Source: Patescibacteria group bacterium (GTDB lineage: Bacteria > Patescibacteriota > Microgenomatia > UBA8517). From it: DNA of 64,000 nucleotides. Positions 9,575 through 18,553 of this stretch are shown piece after piece. A model generated the notes under the pieces. The model was given only the letters and a program-made list of their open reading frames with translations. It ran no database searches and was not told the DNA's origin. Where the stretch lies: positions 257,515 through 321,514 of the forward strand of contig JBBTZT010000003.1 of NCBI GenBank assembly GCA_038061225.1, in the 5' to 3' direction. The stretch's first letter is position 1. Every line of letters begins with the position of its first letter. A program made the translations under genes and the position numbers.

Positions 9575-10425
9575 TTTCAGTTTGTATAACTACATATAAT
9601 GAAAAAGGGGAAGATATAAAAAAACTTCTCGATGCATTAAATAATCAAACATTAAAACCAGACGAGATTATCATAATTGATGCTAAAGACTACAATAACT
9701 GTAGTAGAAGTAAAGGCAGAAATATTGCAATCAAAAAAGCAAGAAATGAAATTATTGCCATAACTGATGCGGGTTGTGTACCACACAGGGATTGGCTAGA
9801 GGAAATTACAAAACCATATACCGAGGTGGCAAGGAGAAACCACATCGGGAGTGGGATTGTTATTGTCGTCGCTGGGGGATATACAATGGTTTTTAATAAT
9901 AATTTTGAAAAAGCAGAGAGTATTTTTCTAGGTGTCAATTCAAATAATATGGATGATGACTTCATGCCATCTGCAAGATCTATGGCTTTTACTAAGAGTA
10001 TGTGGAAAAAAGCAGGTGGTTTTCCTGAAAAAATGGGGGATACTGCAGAAGATACAGTTTTTAATATAAATCTAATAAAAGCTGGAGCAAAATTTGTAGT
10101 AGCTAAGGATGCTTTTGTGGATTGGCAAATGCCTAGAAAGATATCTGATTTTGGATTTAAGATATATAGATATGCAAAAGGGGATGCTATAAGTGCTATC
10201 TGGTGGCACCCAGTTAAAAAATGGCAAACACACAATCTTAAAATATTAACAATATTTGTAAGATATATATTATTTGCTATTTTCCCTTGGTTAATATTAT
10301 TTTATTTTTTTTACGCTTATATAAAAGCTGGCTTTTGGGGAATAGTGTTGCAATTTACCTCTGATATTAGTTGTATAATAGGTTTTAGTCATGGGATATT
10401 ACAAAAAAGCTTTAAAAGGTCTTAG
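9559..10425 (+). CDS. glycosyltransferase family 2
   Basis: VSVCITTYNE...DEIIIIDAKD (DxD) at the N-terminus; C-terminal TM segments. Confidence 0.75.
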   Translation: MAKQLVSVCITTYNEKGEDIKKLLDALNNQTLKPDEIIIIDAKDYNNCSRSKGRNIAIKKARNEIIAITDAGCVPHRDWLEEITKPYTEVARRNHIGSGIVIVVAGGYTMVFNNNFEKAESIFLGVNSNNMDDDFMPSARSMAFTKSMWKKAGGFPEKMGDTAEDTVFNINLIKAGAKFVVAKDAFVDWQMPRKISDFGFKIYRYAKGDAISAIWWHPVKKWQTHNLKILTIFVRYILFAIFPWLILFYFFYAYIKAGFWGIVLQFTSDISCIIGFSHGILQKSFKRS

Positions 10426-11620
10426 TTGGATGGGGGCGCTACGTGTGGTTACAAGGTCTCTTGCTTTTGTTAAAATCGCAATTTTAGCTCGTATTCTTTT
10501 ACCTGCTCAATTTGGAATTTATGGCATAGCCTCTTTGGTATTAGGTTTTCTTGAAACATTAACTGAAACTGGCATTAATATATTTTTAGTTCAACAACGC
10601 GAAAAGCTAGATGAATATATAGATTCTGCTTGGGTTGTTTCTATAATCCGTGGGTTTTTAATTTGTATCGCTATTTTAGTTTTTACTCCCACTATTGCTT
10701 CGTTTTTTAATACTCCTCAAGCATCATACATCCTATATCTTACATCACTTGTGCCACTAATCCGAGGGTTTATAAACCCTGCATGCATTAAATACCAAAA
10801 AAACTTGGAATTTAACAAGCTGTTTAAATACGATTCATTCATTTTTTTTGTTGATGCAGTATTTGCCATTTTTTTAGGAATAATTACAAAATCTGAAAAT
10901 AGTTTAGTTTATGCAATGATTATATCAACTTCTTTAGAAGTTGTTATGTCATTTATATATTTTAAACCAACACCAAAATTTGTTTTTCAAAAAGAAAAGA
11001 CACTAAAAGTAATAAATCGTGGTAAATGGATAACTGCTGCAGGAATTGCTAATTATTTATTTCAAAATTTAGATGATATTGTAGTAGGTAAAATATTAGG
11101 GGCAAACAGTCTAGGTATTTATCAACAAGCATATAAAATATCGACATTACCAGTCGCAGAAGTAGGAGAAGTTTTTAATAGAGTAACTTTTCCTATTTAT
11201 GTAAATTTGAAGGATGATCTAAAAAGGTTAAATCAGGCATTCTTAAAAACACTTTTAATTATTTGTTTATTTGTAATTCCATTTGGATTTTTAGTTTTTA
11301 AGTTTCCGCTAATAATAGTTAAATTTGTACTAGGAGATAATTGGATATCTGCGGTTCCTGTATTACAACTTTTGGCTATTTATGGAAGTATTAAGGCAAT
11401 ATCAAATTCATTTTTCTCGCTGTTTTTGGGAATAGATAAACAAGAAGTGGTTACGTATATTACATTAATAAGCACCCTTTGTTTAATTGTAATTTTGTAC
11501 CCATTAATTAAGATATTTGGTATTTTGGGTGCAGGTTATGCAACTATAATTTCGACCCTTTTTTCAATTCCATTATTACTAATATATTATGTTAAGTACT
11601 TTTACCCTAAACAAGCCTAA
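10391..11620 (+). CDS. polysaccharide biosynthesis protein / oligosaccharide flippase (Wzx-like, MOP superfamily)
   Basis: About 12-TM protein, 409 aa, with the pattern of a typical Wzx/RfbX family member. Confidence 0.65.
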   Translation: MGYYKKALKGLSWMGALRVVTRSLAFVKIAILARILLPAQFGIYGIASLVLGFLETLTETGINIFLVQQREKLDEYIDSAWVVSIIRGFLICIAILVFTPTIASFFNTPQASYILYLTSLVPLIRGFINPACIKYQKNLEFNKLFKYDSFIFFVDAVFAIFLGIITKSENSLVYAMIISTSLEVVMSFIYFKPTPKFVFQKEKTLKVINRGKWITAAGIANYLFQNLDDIVVGKILGANSLGIYQQAYKISTLPVAEVGEVFNRVTFPIYVNLKDDLKRLNQAFLKTLLIICLFVIPFGFLVFKFPLIIVKFVLGDNWISAVPVLQLLAIYGSIKAISNSFFSLFLGIDKQEVVTYITLISTLCLIVILYPLIKIFGILGAGYATIISTLFSIPLLLIYYVKYFYPKQA

Positions 11621-12110
11621 TATTATCGACTTCGCAGAAGCGAGAAACGACTTATTAAAAAAATCAAAGACTGACTGGGTTTTATTTTTGGATAGTGACG
11701 AGAAAATCGATAGTTACTATTTGAAACGCAAAAACTACTTTCTAGGTCAATATGTAGGAACAGACAAGATAATCAGACTTGTCAAAAAAGGAACAGGAAA
11801 ATTTGCTCGTGCAGTTCATGAGATTTGGATTCCTAATGAAAAACACAAAATTGGAATTATCAAAGAAAAAATAATTCATAATACTGCCGATAATTTAAGA
11901 GACTATATGAAAAAAATGAATTATTATAGTGATTTACATGCAAAAGAAAATTTAAAAGAAGGAAAAAGATCCACGCTATATAAAATTATATTTTTTCCAA
12001 TTGCAAAGTTTTTTGTTAGCTTAATAAAATCAAAACACATTGTTTTTAGTATAATGCAATCATTGCATTCATATCTTTCATGGACAAAATTATATTTTTT
12101 ACAGCACTAG
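11589..12110 (+). CDS. short glycosyltransferase family 2-like protein
   Basis: WVLFLDSDEKID (DxD-type motif); 173 aa; may be N-terminally truncated. Confidence 0.4.
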   Translation: MLSTFTLNKPNIIDFAEARNDLLKKSKTDWVLFLDSDEKIDSYYLKRKNYFLGQYVGTDKIIRLVKKGTGKFARAVHEIWIPNEKHKIGIIKEKIIHNTADNLRDYMKKMNYYSDLHAKENLKEGKRSTLYKIIFFPIAKFFVSLIKSKHIVFSIMQSLHSYLSWTKLYFLQH

Positions 12111-13123
12111 TATTATTTCCATTTGGACAGCTTATAAAAATTGGAATTTTTAATCTGTTTGACGCAGTTATTTTATTGCTTGCCATAATTACTTTTTTTA
12201 AAAAACCAAAATACCCAGAATGGTATAGATATTTTATTTATTTTATTTTAGCTTGTGTTTTTGGTTTAATTCTTAATTATTCACTATTAACTCTTAATTC
12301 AGTTTTGTATCTTATTCGTTTAGTTTCATATTCGTTTGTTGCAGTATATATTTCAAATTATTTCAGAAATCTTAAATCTTTAATCCTATATCTTATATCT
12401 ATTGCCTTCGCCTCAGCGATTTTTGGATGGGTGCAGTACATATTTTGGCCTGATTTAACTTCATTAAAATATTTAGGTTGGGATGACCACCTTCTTCGCA
12501 TGGTGGGAACATTTTTAGACCCCACTTATTTGGGACTAATTCTTGTACTAGGTGTTGTTCTTGTAGCTCAACTTAATCTTAAACTTATACTTTATTTTCT
12601 ACTCTCAAGTTTAGCATTTACTTATTCAAGATCTTCGTATTTAACAGTTAGTTTGTTTTTAATTTACAAAAAGAAATTTTTACCACTAATTATTTTTATA
12701 TTAATAATATTACTTTTACCAAAAAATATTGGAGAAGGTACAAATTTAACAAGAACCGTAAGTGGAAATAATAAATTAATAAATTATCAAGAAACTTGGC
12801 AAATTTTTAAAAAATCTCCTCTACTTGGAGTTGGATTTAACAATATCTGCAAAGCGCGTCAGAAGTATTTAGGTGATATGAATATTGATTCACATTCTTG
12901 TAGTGGATCTGATTCATCAATTTTATTTATTCTTGCAACAACTGGAATTGTTGGTCTAATATTATTTTTGAATTTTGTTCTACATGCGCCCAAATTATTA
13001 ATTCTTCACTATTCATTCATAATTGTGTTGATTCATAGTCTTTTTGCAAATAGCCTTTTCTATCCTCAGATTATGTTTTGGATGTTTGCACTTTTAGGAT
13101 TAGGGAGTAAAAGTAACAGTTAA
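12080..13123 (+). CDS. O-antigen ligase/polymerase-like membrane protein (Wzy_C family)
   Basis: Polytopic, with an AFTYSRSSYL loop motif characteristic of O-antigen ligase-like proteins. Confidence 0.55.
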   Translation: MDKIIFFTALVLFPFGQLIKIGIFNLFDAVILLLAIITFFKKPKYPEWYRYFIYFILACVFGLILNYSLLTLNSVLYLIRLVSYSFVAVYISNYFRNLKSLILYLISIAFASAIFGWVQYIFWPDLTSLKYLGWDDHLLRMVGTFLDPTYLGLILVLGVVLVAQLNLKLILYFLLSSLAFTYSRSSYLTVSLFLIYKKKFLPLIIFILIILLLPKNIGEGTNLTRTVSGNNKLINYQETWQIFKKSPLLGVGFNNICKARQKYLGDMNIDSHSCSGSDSSILFILATTGIVGLILFLNFVLHAPKLLILHYSFIIVLIHSLFANSLFYPQIMFWMFALLGLGSKSNS

Positions 13124-13813
13124 AGAAGTTGCTGTTTCATTTTTAGCAGGATCTGTTGCAACAATGTCAAATTTATTTTCTCCCTCAGATAATGTTGTAG
13201 CAAAGGAAAAAGAACCATCATCTTTAGTTGAAACAACTCTTCCATTTATTGTTAAATCTACTTTTTCATTGACTGTTCCCTTTATAGATAATTGTCTTTG
13301 GCCACTGCCAAAAAATTCTGCAGCGTCTGCTGGCGAACTTATTTCAAGAATTGGCTCTTCATTATCAAATACTATTTTATATGTTTTTGTTTGTACACTT
13401 TCATTATTTGAAGAGTCAATAGCTTTAGCATCAATTGAATTTTCACCATCATTTAAATTGAATATAAAACTAAATCGTCCATCACTGTTTGCTACTACTT
13501 CATCTGAATGGTTATTTGACCTAATAACAATTATCGCTCCATCTTCAGAAGTTCCTTCGATTTTAATACTTTCACTATTTGTAAATTCTGGAATTTGATC
13601 AAATTGAGGAGGAGCTGGGGGAGTAATATCGTTTATTTCCACAGGTTTGTCAGATTTTGCAACATCTCCAATAAATCCTGCAAATTTAACTAAAGTAGGT
13701 AAGCCAAAGAAAATAAGAAAAATTAGAGCTAGGATTGATAAAATAATATACCAATATGCTTTTTTAATATTTTTTCTTTCCTCAACCAATGCCAATCTTG
13801 AATATCTTTTCAT
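13100..13813 (-). CDS. membrane-anchored protein with tandem bacterial Ig-like domains
   Basis: N-terminal TM (YWYIILSILALIFLIFFGL) followed by two repeated beta-rich segments (DGRFSF..., DGSFSF...). Confidence 0.45.
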   Translation of the reverse strand: MKRYSRLALVEERKNIKKAYWYIILSILALIFLIFFGLPTLVKFAGFIGDVAKSDKPVEINDITPPAPPQFDQIPEFTNSESIKIEGTSEDGAIIVIRSNNHSDEVVANSDGRFSFIFNLNDGENSIDAKAIDSSNNESVQTKTYKIVFDNEEPILEISSPADAAEFFGSGQRQLSIKGTVNEKVDLTINGRVVSTKDDGSFSFATTLSEGENKFDIVATDPAKNETATSLTVTFTP

Positions 13814-13853
13814 CTGTCTATTATACTACATCATTACAAATCAAAAAATTTGA

Positions 13854-14216
13854 TTGATTGTGTATAATATATTTATGTCAGCAGAAGATATAAAGGTAAT
13901 TAATACTAGACGAGAAGCGGCATATGAATTTGTAAGAAAACATATAAAAGGTCGTGGGGGGGTAGGTTTTGGCGATATCGATCTTGATCCATTAGTGTTA
14001 GATACAATAGAAGTTGTTAGTAATCCTAAACAAATACAGACAAAAGAAGGGATTAAAACTGTTGTTCGTAAGTCAAGAATCATATTTTTATCAAATGGTG
14101 AAGTTGACATAATAGGTGGTGGTTTGAATGCACCAATTTCAGAAAAAGATGCAAATAGAATACTGGGTCGAAAATTGAAAACCCGTTTAACTAAGAGTTT
14201 TCATTTAAAAAAATGA
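13854..14216 (+). CDS. hypothetical protein (possible start at Met 13875)
   Basis: 120-aa ORF directly upstream of the Cas4-like nuclease gene; no recognisable motif. Confidence 0.35.
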   Translation: MIVYNIFMSAEDIKVINTRREAAYEFVRKHIKGRGGVGFGDIDLDPLVLDTIEVVSNPKQIQTKEGIKTVVRKSRIIFLSNGEVDIIGGGLNAPISEKDANRILGRKLKTRLTKSFHLKK

Positions 14217-14228
14217 TAAAATATCTTC

Positions 14229-15056
14229 ATGAGGGATAAATATAAAGCAGTTTGGGTCAGTCACTCTTCAATTTCTGATTTTTTAGCCTGTCCAAGGAGC
14301 TATTATCTTAGAAATGTATATAAAGATCCAAAAACTGGTCATAAAATTACTGTTACTTCTCCCGCACTTTCTTTAGGTTCTGCTGTTCATGAAGTTATTG
14401 AAGGATTGTCAGTTTTAGCTGTTGAAGATAGACTTAAAACACCACTTCTAAAAAAATTTGATATAGCTTGGCAAAAAGTTAGTGGCAAAGTTGGTGGATT
14501 TAAAGATAAAAAACAGGAAGATGAATTTAAAGAAAGAGGGAGAGAAATGCTTAAAAGAGTAGAAAGTCATCCTGGCCCAATTTTAAAAAAAGCAGTAAAA
14601 ATAGCTACTGATTTTTTACCAAATTATTATCTTTCAGAAGAAGATGATATAATTCTTTGTGGAAAAATTGATTGGCTTGAATATTTAGAAGATTCAGATT
14701 CAGTGCATATTATTGACTTTAAAACTGGAAAAAACGAAGAGAATGATGAATCATTACAACTCCCAATTTATTTACTTCTTGCAACAAACACACAAAATAG
14801 AAAAGTTGAAAAAGCTTCATATTGGTATATGAATAAATCTGACGATTTAGTAGAAAAAAGTCTTCCAAATATTGTGGATAGTAAAGATAAAGTGTTGACG
14901 GTTGCAAGAAGAATTAAACTAGCTCGTCAACTTAACCATTTTGTTTGTCCAACAAAAGGTTGTATGAAATGTAGACCATTAGAGCGAATTTTAAAAAGTG
15001 AGGGAGAAAAAGTAGGAGTATCTGACACAAAACAAGATATTTATATATTAGATTGA
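14229..15056 (+). CDS. Cas4-like / RecB-family PD-(D/E)XK nuclease with a 4-Cys (Fe-S) cluster
   Basis: N-terminal Cys in FLACPRSYYL; GKIDWLEY...VHIIDFKTGK (D...DxK); QLPIY (QxxxY); C-terminal CPTKGCMKC (C-x4-C-x2-C). Confidence 0.7.
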   Translation: MRDKYKAVWVSHSSISDFLACPRSYYLRNVYKDPKTGHKITVTSPALSLGSAVHEVIEGLSVLAVEDRLKTPLLKKFDIAWQKVSGKVGGFKDKKQEDEFKERGREMLKRVESHPGPILKKAVKIATDFLPNYYLSEEDDIILCGKIDWLEYLEDSDSVHIIDFKTGKNEENDESLQLPIYLLLATNTQNRKVEKASYWYMNKSDDLVEKSLPNIVDSKDKVLTVARRIKLARQLNHFVCPTKGCMKCRPLERILKSEGEKVGVSDTKQDIYILD

Positions 15057-15078
15057 TTAAAAATGGTATTATAAAAAC

Positions 15079-15780
15079 ATGTCATTGCTACCGTTTATAA
15101 AAGATGATGATTTTATATCAGAGGTAAAAAAAGTTTTAGAGGTGGATAAAAATGATTCAAGAAAAAACAAGTCAATAAGAAATTCTATAGACCCTTTTTC
15201 AGCAATATTTGATGCATCAATTCAAAGCATCCCGATTAATTTGTGGTTTGAACTTGAGGCTAGAAGACAATCTCAAAAAACCCTTCAAAATAAACTTGGA
15301 TTATTTCATCAGAATATATTAGGCCATGTAAGAGGGTGGATCAACTTAAATACTGGAAAGGTAGTTGATTTACTAAACACCAAAAAGAAGGTAATTGCTG
15401 AAGTTAAAAACAAATTTAACACAACTAAAGGTTCAGATAAAGTTCAAATTTATGATAACATCAAATTTTTATTAGATACAAAATACAAAGGATATGTTGG
15501 TTACTATGTTGAAGTGATACCACAAAATAAGAAAATGTACGATTCTGAATTTACTCCATCAGATAATAAGATCAAAAAAAGAAGACCAAGAAACAAAAAT
15601 ATTAGAATCATAGACGGATCCAGTTTCTATGACTTAGCTACAGGATATAATGACTCATTGTTTATGTTGTATATGGCAATACCAGAAGCTATTACAAAGA
15701 TATTAAAAATTCCTGTAATGAATATTCTAGGCAAGAACGAAATGCTAGAACTTTATAAAGAGGTATATCAAACAAAGTAA
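15079..15780 (+). CDS. putative Type II restriction endonuclease (PD-(D/E)XK-like)
   Basis: 233-aa ORF immediately upstream of a C5-MTase gene. Candidate catalytic motif VVDLL-x9-AEVKNK (D...ExK). No database match could be run. Confidence 0.45.
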   Translation: MSLLPFIKDDDFISEVKKVLEVDKNDSRKNKSIRNSIDPFSAIFDASIQSIPINLWFELEARRQSQKTLQNKLGLFHQNILGHVRGWINLNTGKVVDLLNTKKKVIAEVKNKFNTTKGSDKVQIYDNIKFLLDTKYKGYVGYYVEVIPQNKKMYDSEFTPSDNKIKKRRPRNKNIRIIDGSSFYDLATGYNDSLFMLYMAIPEAITKILKIPVMNILGKNEMLELYKEVYQTK

Positions 15781-15818
15781 CCATTGCATAATGTATTGGT
15801 TATTGATATATTTTATTC

Positions 15819-17114
15819 ATGGATAACTTGCTCACTGTTTCAGATGCGGCCGAATTGGTTGGAGTTTCTACCGATACAATTCGAAGATGGGAAAAGGTTG
15901 GACTTCTTAAATCTCATCGTTCGGAACATAATTATCGTCTTTTCAATTTTGAGGAAATTCAAAGAGTTAGAAATAAAATTAATGGTAGTGATCAGATTAA
16001 CAATTATAAAATTCTCAAAAGCAACAAAACGACTAAATATACAACAATAGAATTGTTTACAGGAGCTGGAGGTACAGCTTTAGGGTTAGAAAATGCAGGA
16101 TTAAAACATTTATTAAATGTTGAATTCGATAAAGATGCAATAAACACAATAAAAAATAATAAACCTGAATGGAACTTAATTGGTAACGATATTTCAGAAG
16201 TTGATTTTAATTCATGGAAAAATAAAGTTGACGTAGTCGAGGGTGGATTTCCATGCCAGTCTTTTAGTTACGCAGGAAAAGGGAAAGGATTCGGAGATAC
16301 TCGTGGTACTTTGTTTTTTGAATTCGCCCGTTGTGTTAAAGAAACAATGCCAAAAATAGCAATTGGTGAAAATGTTAAAGGTTTATTAAGACATGATAAT
16401 GGTAAAACATTATCTACTATGGTTAAAAAACTTCAAGATATTGGTTACAAAGTTGGTTATAAAGTTTTAAGGTCTCAATACCATGATGTACCACAGAAAC
16501 GAGAGAGATTGATAATTATTGGGATAAGAAATGATTTAAATATACCAATGTTAGTTCCAAGAGAAAAAGACTATTACATTTCTATAAAAGAGGCACTAAA
16601 AAATGTTCCTTTATCAAAAGGACAAAATTATCCTGAAAAGAAGAGAAAGGTTTTAGATTTGGTTCCTCCCGGAGGTTGTTGGAGAAATTTACCGCTTGAT
16701 ATTCAAAGAGAATATATGGGCGCTAGTTTTTATTTAGGTGGGGGTAAAACAGGAATGGCAAGAAGACTGTCTTTTGATGAGCCATCATTAACGCTTACTT
16801 GTTCTCCTGCCCAGAAGCAAACTGAAAGATGTCATCCCGTTGAAACAAGACCTTTTACCGTGCGTGAATATGCCAGAATACAAACTTTTCCTGACGATTG
16901 GGAATTTTGTGGTTCTTTGACTTCCCAGTATAAACAAATTGGAAATGCAGTCCCTGTTAACTTAGGTTTTCATATTGGGGAGGCTATAATTGCTATGTTA
17001 CAAAATAAGTATGATTTAAATGATATGGAAATAATCGAGCCTGTAATTTTAGAAAATAATGAAAATCATATATTAAGTAACAACTTTTTATATGTCCAAG
17101 AAAACATATTTTAA
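15819..17114 (+). CDS. DNA (cytosine-5)-methyltransferase with an N-terminal MerR-like HTH domain
   Basis: Motif I ELFTGAGGTALG, motif IV GGFPCQSFS, ENV, motif X QIGNAVPV. The N-terminus LLTVSDAAELVGVSTDTIRRWEKVGLL is a MerR/excisionase-type HTH. Confidence 0.9.
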   Translation: MDNLLTVSDAAELVGVSTDTIRRWEKVGLLKSHRSEHNYRLFNFEEIQRVRNKINGSDQINNYKILKSNKTTKYTTIELFTGAGGTALGLENAGLKHLLNVEFDKDAINTIKNNKPEWNLIGNDISEVDFNSWKNKVDVVEGGFPCQSFSYAGKGKGFGDTRGTLFFEFARCVKETMPKIAIGENVKGLLRHDNGKTLSTMVKKLQDIGYKVGYKVLRSQYHDVPQKRERLIIIGIRNDLNIPMLVPREKDYYISIKEALKNVPLSKGQNYPEKKRKVLDLVPPGGCWRNLPLDIQREYMGASFYLGGGKTGMARRLSFDEPSLTLTCSPAQKQTERCHPVETRPFTVREYARIQTFPDDWEFCGSLTSQYKQIGNAVPVNLGFHIGEAIIAMLQNKYDLNDMEIIEPVILENNENHILSNNFLYVQENIF

Positions 17115-17169
17115 AACAAGATATTTATGTCCTAAATTAATTATTTATATAATAATTTCCTTAGTATAA

Positions 17170-17395
17170 TTTGAGGACTTGGGCTCACAGCAACAGTATT
17201 GTCTGGATGTGGACATAATATTGGTCTAAGGGTGGTACCTGAGTGATGATTCCTGCCGATAATATTTTGGTGTTTTCTATTGGCTTGTCCAAGTCTCCAC
17301 GGCTGACAGATAATTCCCTCTGAAGATATTGTTTTTGCGGCACAGATGGTACACGCTGGATTTGTAGCATTTATTCTGTCTGGCATTTACTTATT
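17170..17395 (+). ncRNA. candidate structured ncRNA, possibly a reduced RNase P RNA (rnpB)
   Basis: A roughly 230-nt GC-rich segment in an AT-rich intergenic context, next to tRNA-Thr. It has blocks resembling RNase P conserved regions: GAGGACUUGGGCUCACAG (cf. GAGGAAAGUCCGGGCUCCAUAG), CUAAGGGUG (cf. GUAAGGGUG), and ACAGAUGG...CGCUGGAUUU (cf. ACAGAACCCGGCUUAU). The only ORF (81 aa, minus strand) has odd composition. Confidence 0.3.
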
Positions 17396-17510
17396 AAAGA
17401 TCATTATTAAATTTAATTCAATCCTATATTTAAATAAAATAAGATGTTAAGATTAGAATTGCGTCTCAGAAGAAATTAAGGATTAGATTGTACTATTTTC
17501 CATAATTTTG

Positions 17511-17581
17511 AGCTGGTGAGTGTAATCGAAACACTGTCGATGGTTTACGATACCACTGCTCTACCACTGAGCTACACCAGC
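17511..17581 (-). tRNA. tRNA-Thr (anticodon CGU)
   Basis: The reverse complement reads GCTGGTGTAGCTCAGTGGTAGAGCAGTGGTATCGTAAACCATCGACAGTGTTTCGATTACACTCACCAGC. Anticodon loop ATCGTAA; T-loop TTCGATT. Confidence 0.85.
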
Positions 17582-17597
17582 ATGAAGCAATTATATA

Positions 17598-18269
17598 TTA
17601 ATATCCAATGAATTTCTCTGTTCTAACATGATCTTCAGGTATTCTGAATTTTTCTAAAATATCTTCCATAGCATTGACAAAAGGTGGAGGACCAACAACC
17701 CAGAAAACAGAAGATATAGAGTGATCAGATATATAGTGATTAAGCGAATTTTTATCAAGATGACCTGAAACTGAGGTATCAATATAATCAATTTTTATAA
17801 AATTATTTTCTTTTTTCCACTTATCTAAATCTTTTTTGAATACAAACTCATTATCTGAATTTGAATAAATTAAATAAATATCTTTTTTTATTTTATTATC
17901 AATTATATTTTTAATCATTGCCCTAAATGGAGTAATTCCAATTCCACCAGCTATAAAGCAATTAATAGTTAATAATGAAGAATTAATAATTGGAAAGACA
18001 AAACTACCAAATGGTCCTCTGGCTTTTATAGTTGATCCAATTTGTAGTTTATTTAACAGCTTTTTAAATTTAGACTCTTTTCTAATTCTTGTAGTAACTT
18101 GAATAAATTTTTCGGTGGGAGATGAAGCAATTGTAAATTGTTTAGTAATTCCATCTAGTGTTAAATACAAATATTGCCCTGCTTGCCACGAGAGTTTTTC
18201 GTTTGCTGTAAAGAAAAAAGATTTTGTATCTTTAGCTTCATCCATCTTCTTGACAAGAGTTAGTTTCAT
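17598..18269 (-). CDS. FAD/NAD(P)-binding oxidoreductase, ferredoxin-NADP reductase family
   Basis: KQFTIASSP (RxYS-type FAD motif) and GGIGITPF (NAD-binding glycine motif). Confidence 0.6.
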   Translation of the reverse strand: MKLTLVKKMDEAKDTKSFFFTANEKLSWQAGQYLYLTLDGITKQFTIASSPTEKFIQVTTRIRKESKFKKLLNKLQIGSTIKARGPFGSFVFPIINSSLLTINCFIAGGIGITPFRAMIKNIIDNKIKKDIYLIYSNSDNEFVFKKDLDKWKKENNFIKIDYIDTSVSGHLDKNSLNHYISDHSISSVFWVVGPPPFVNAMEDILEKFRIPEDHVRTEKFIGY

Positions 18270-18325
18270 TAATATGATGATAGCATATGTGTTATAACTG
18301 TGGTTGTGATATTCCAGACGATAAT

Positions 18326-18460
18326 ATGGGTAAATCTGATGCTAAAGGAGCTTCTTTAACTGACGCTTCGTTTGAAAGTATGGCAAAGGAGTGGAGCATG
18401 ACAGTTGAGGAAACAAAGAAAAATGTATATAAACTTTTAAGAAAACAATTAGAGAAGTAA
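18326..18460 (+). CDS. possible small ORF (44 aa), below the ORF-track cutoff
   Basis: ATG at 18326 to TAA at 18458, encoding MGKSDAKGASLTDASFESMAKEWSMTVEETKKNVYKLLRKQLEK. No motif. Confidence 0.2.
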   Translation: MGKSDAKGASLTDASFESMAKEWSMTVEETKKNVYKLLRKQLEK

Positions 18461-18553
18461 CTATTTATCCTCTTTTTTAATCAAATTTTTATTTGGCCAA
18501 ACGATGTATAATAGTCTTATGCTGAATTTCATATAATATAATTATACACTAAA

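Noticed and set aside
17141-17386. 81-aa minus-strand ORF (MPDRINATNPACTICAAK...).
   Set aside because: It coincides with the GC-rich RNase P-like segment and has no protein motifs and odd composition. The structured-RNA reading was preferred, though neither is proven.
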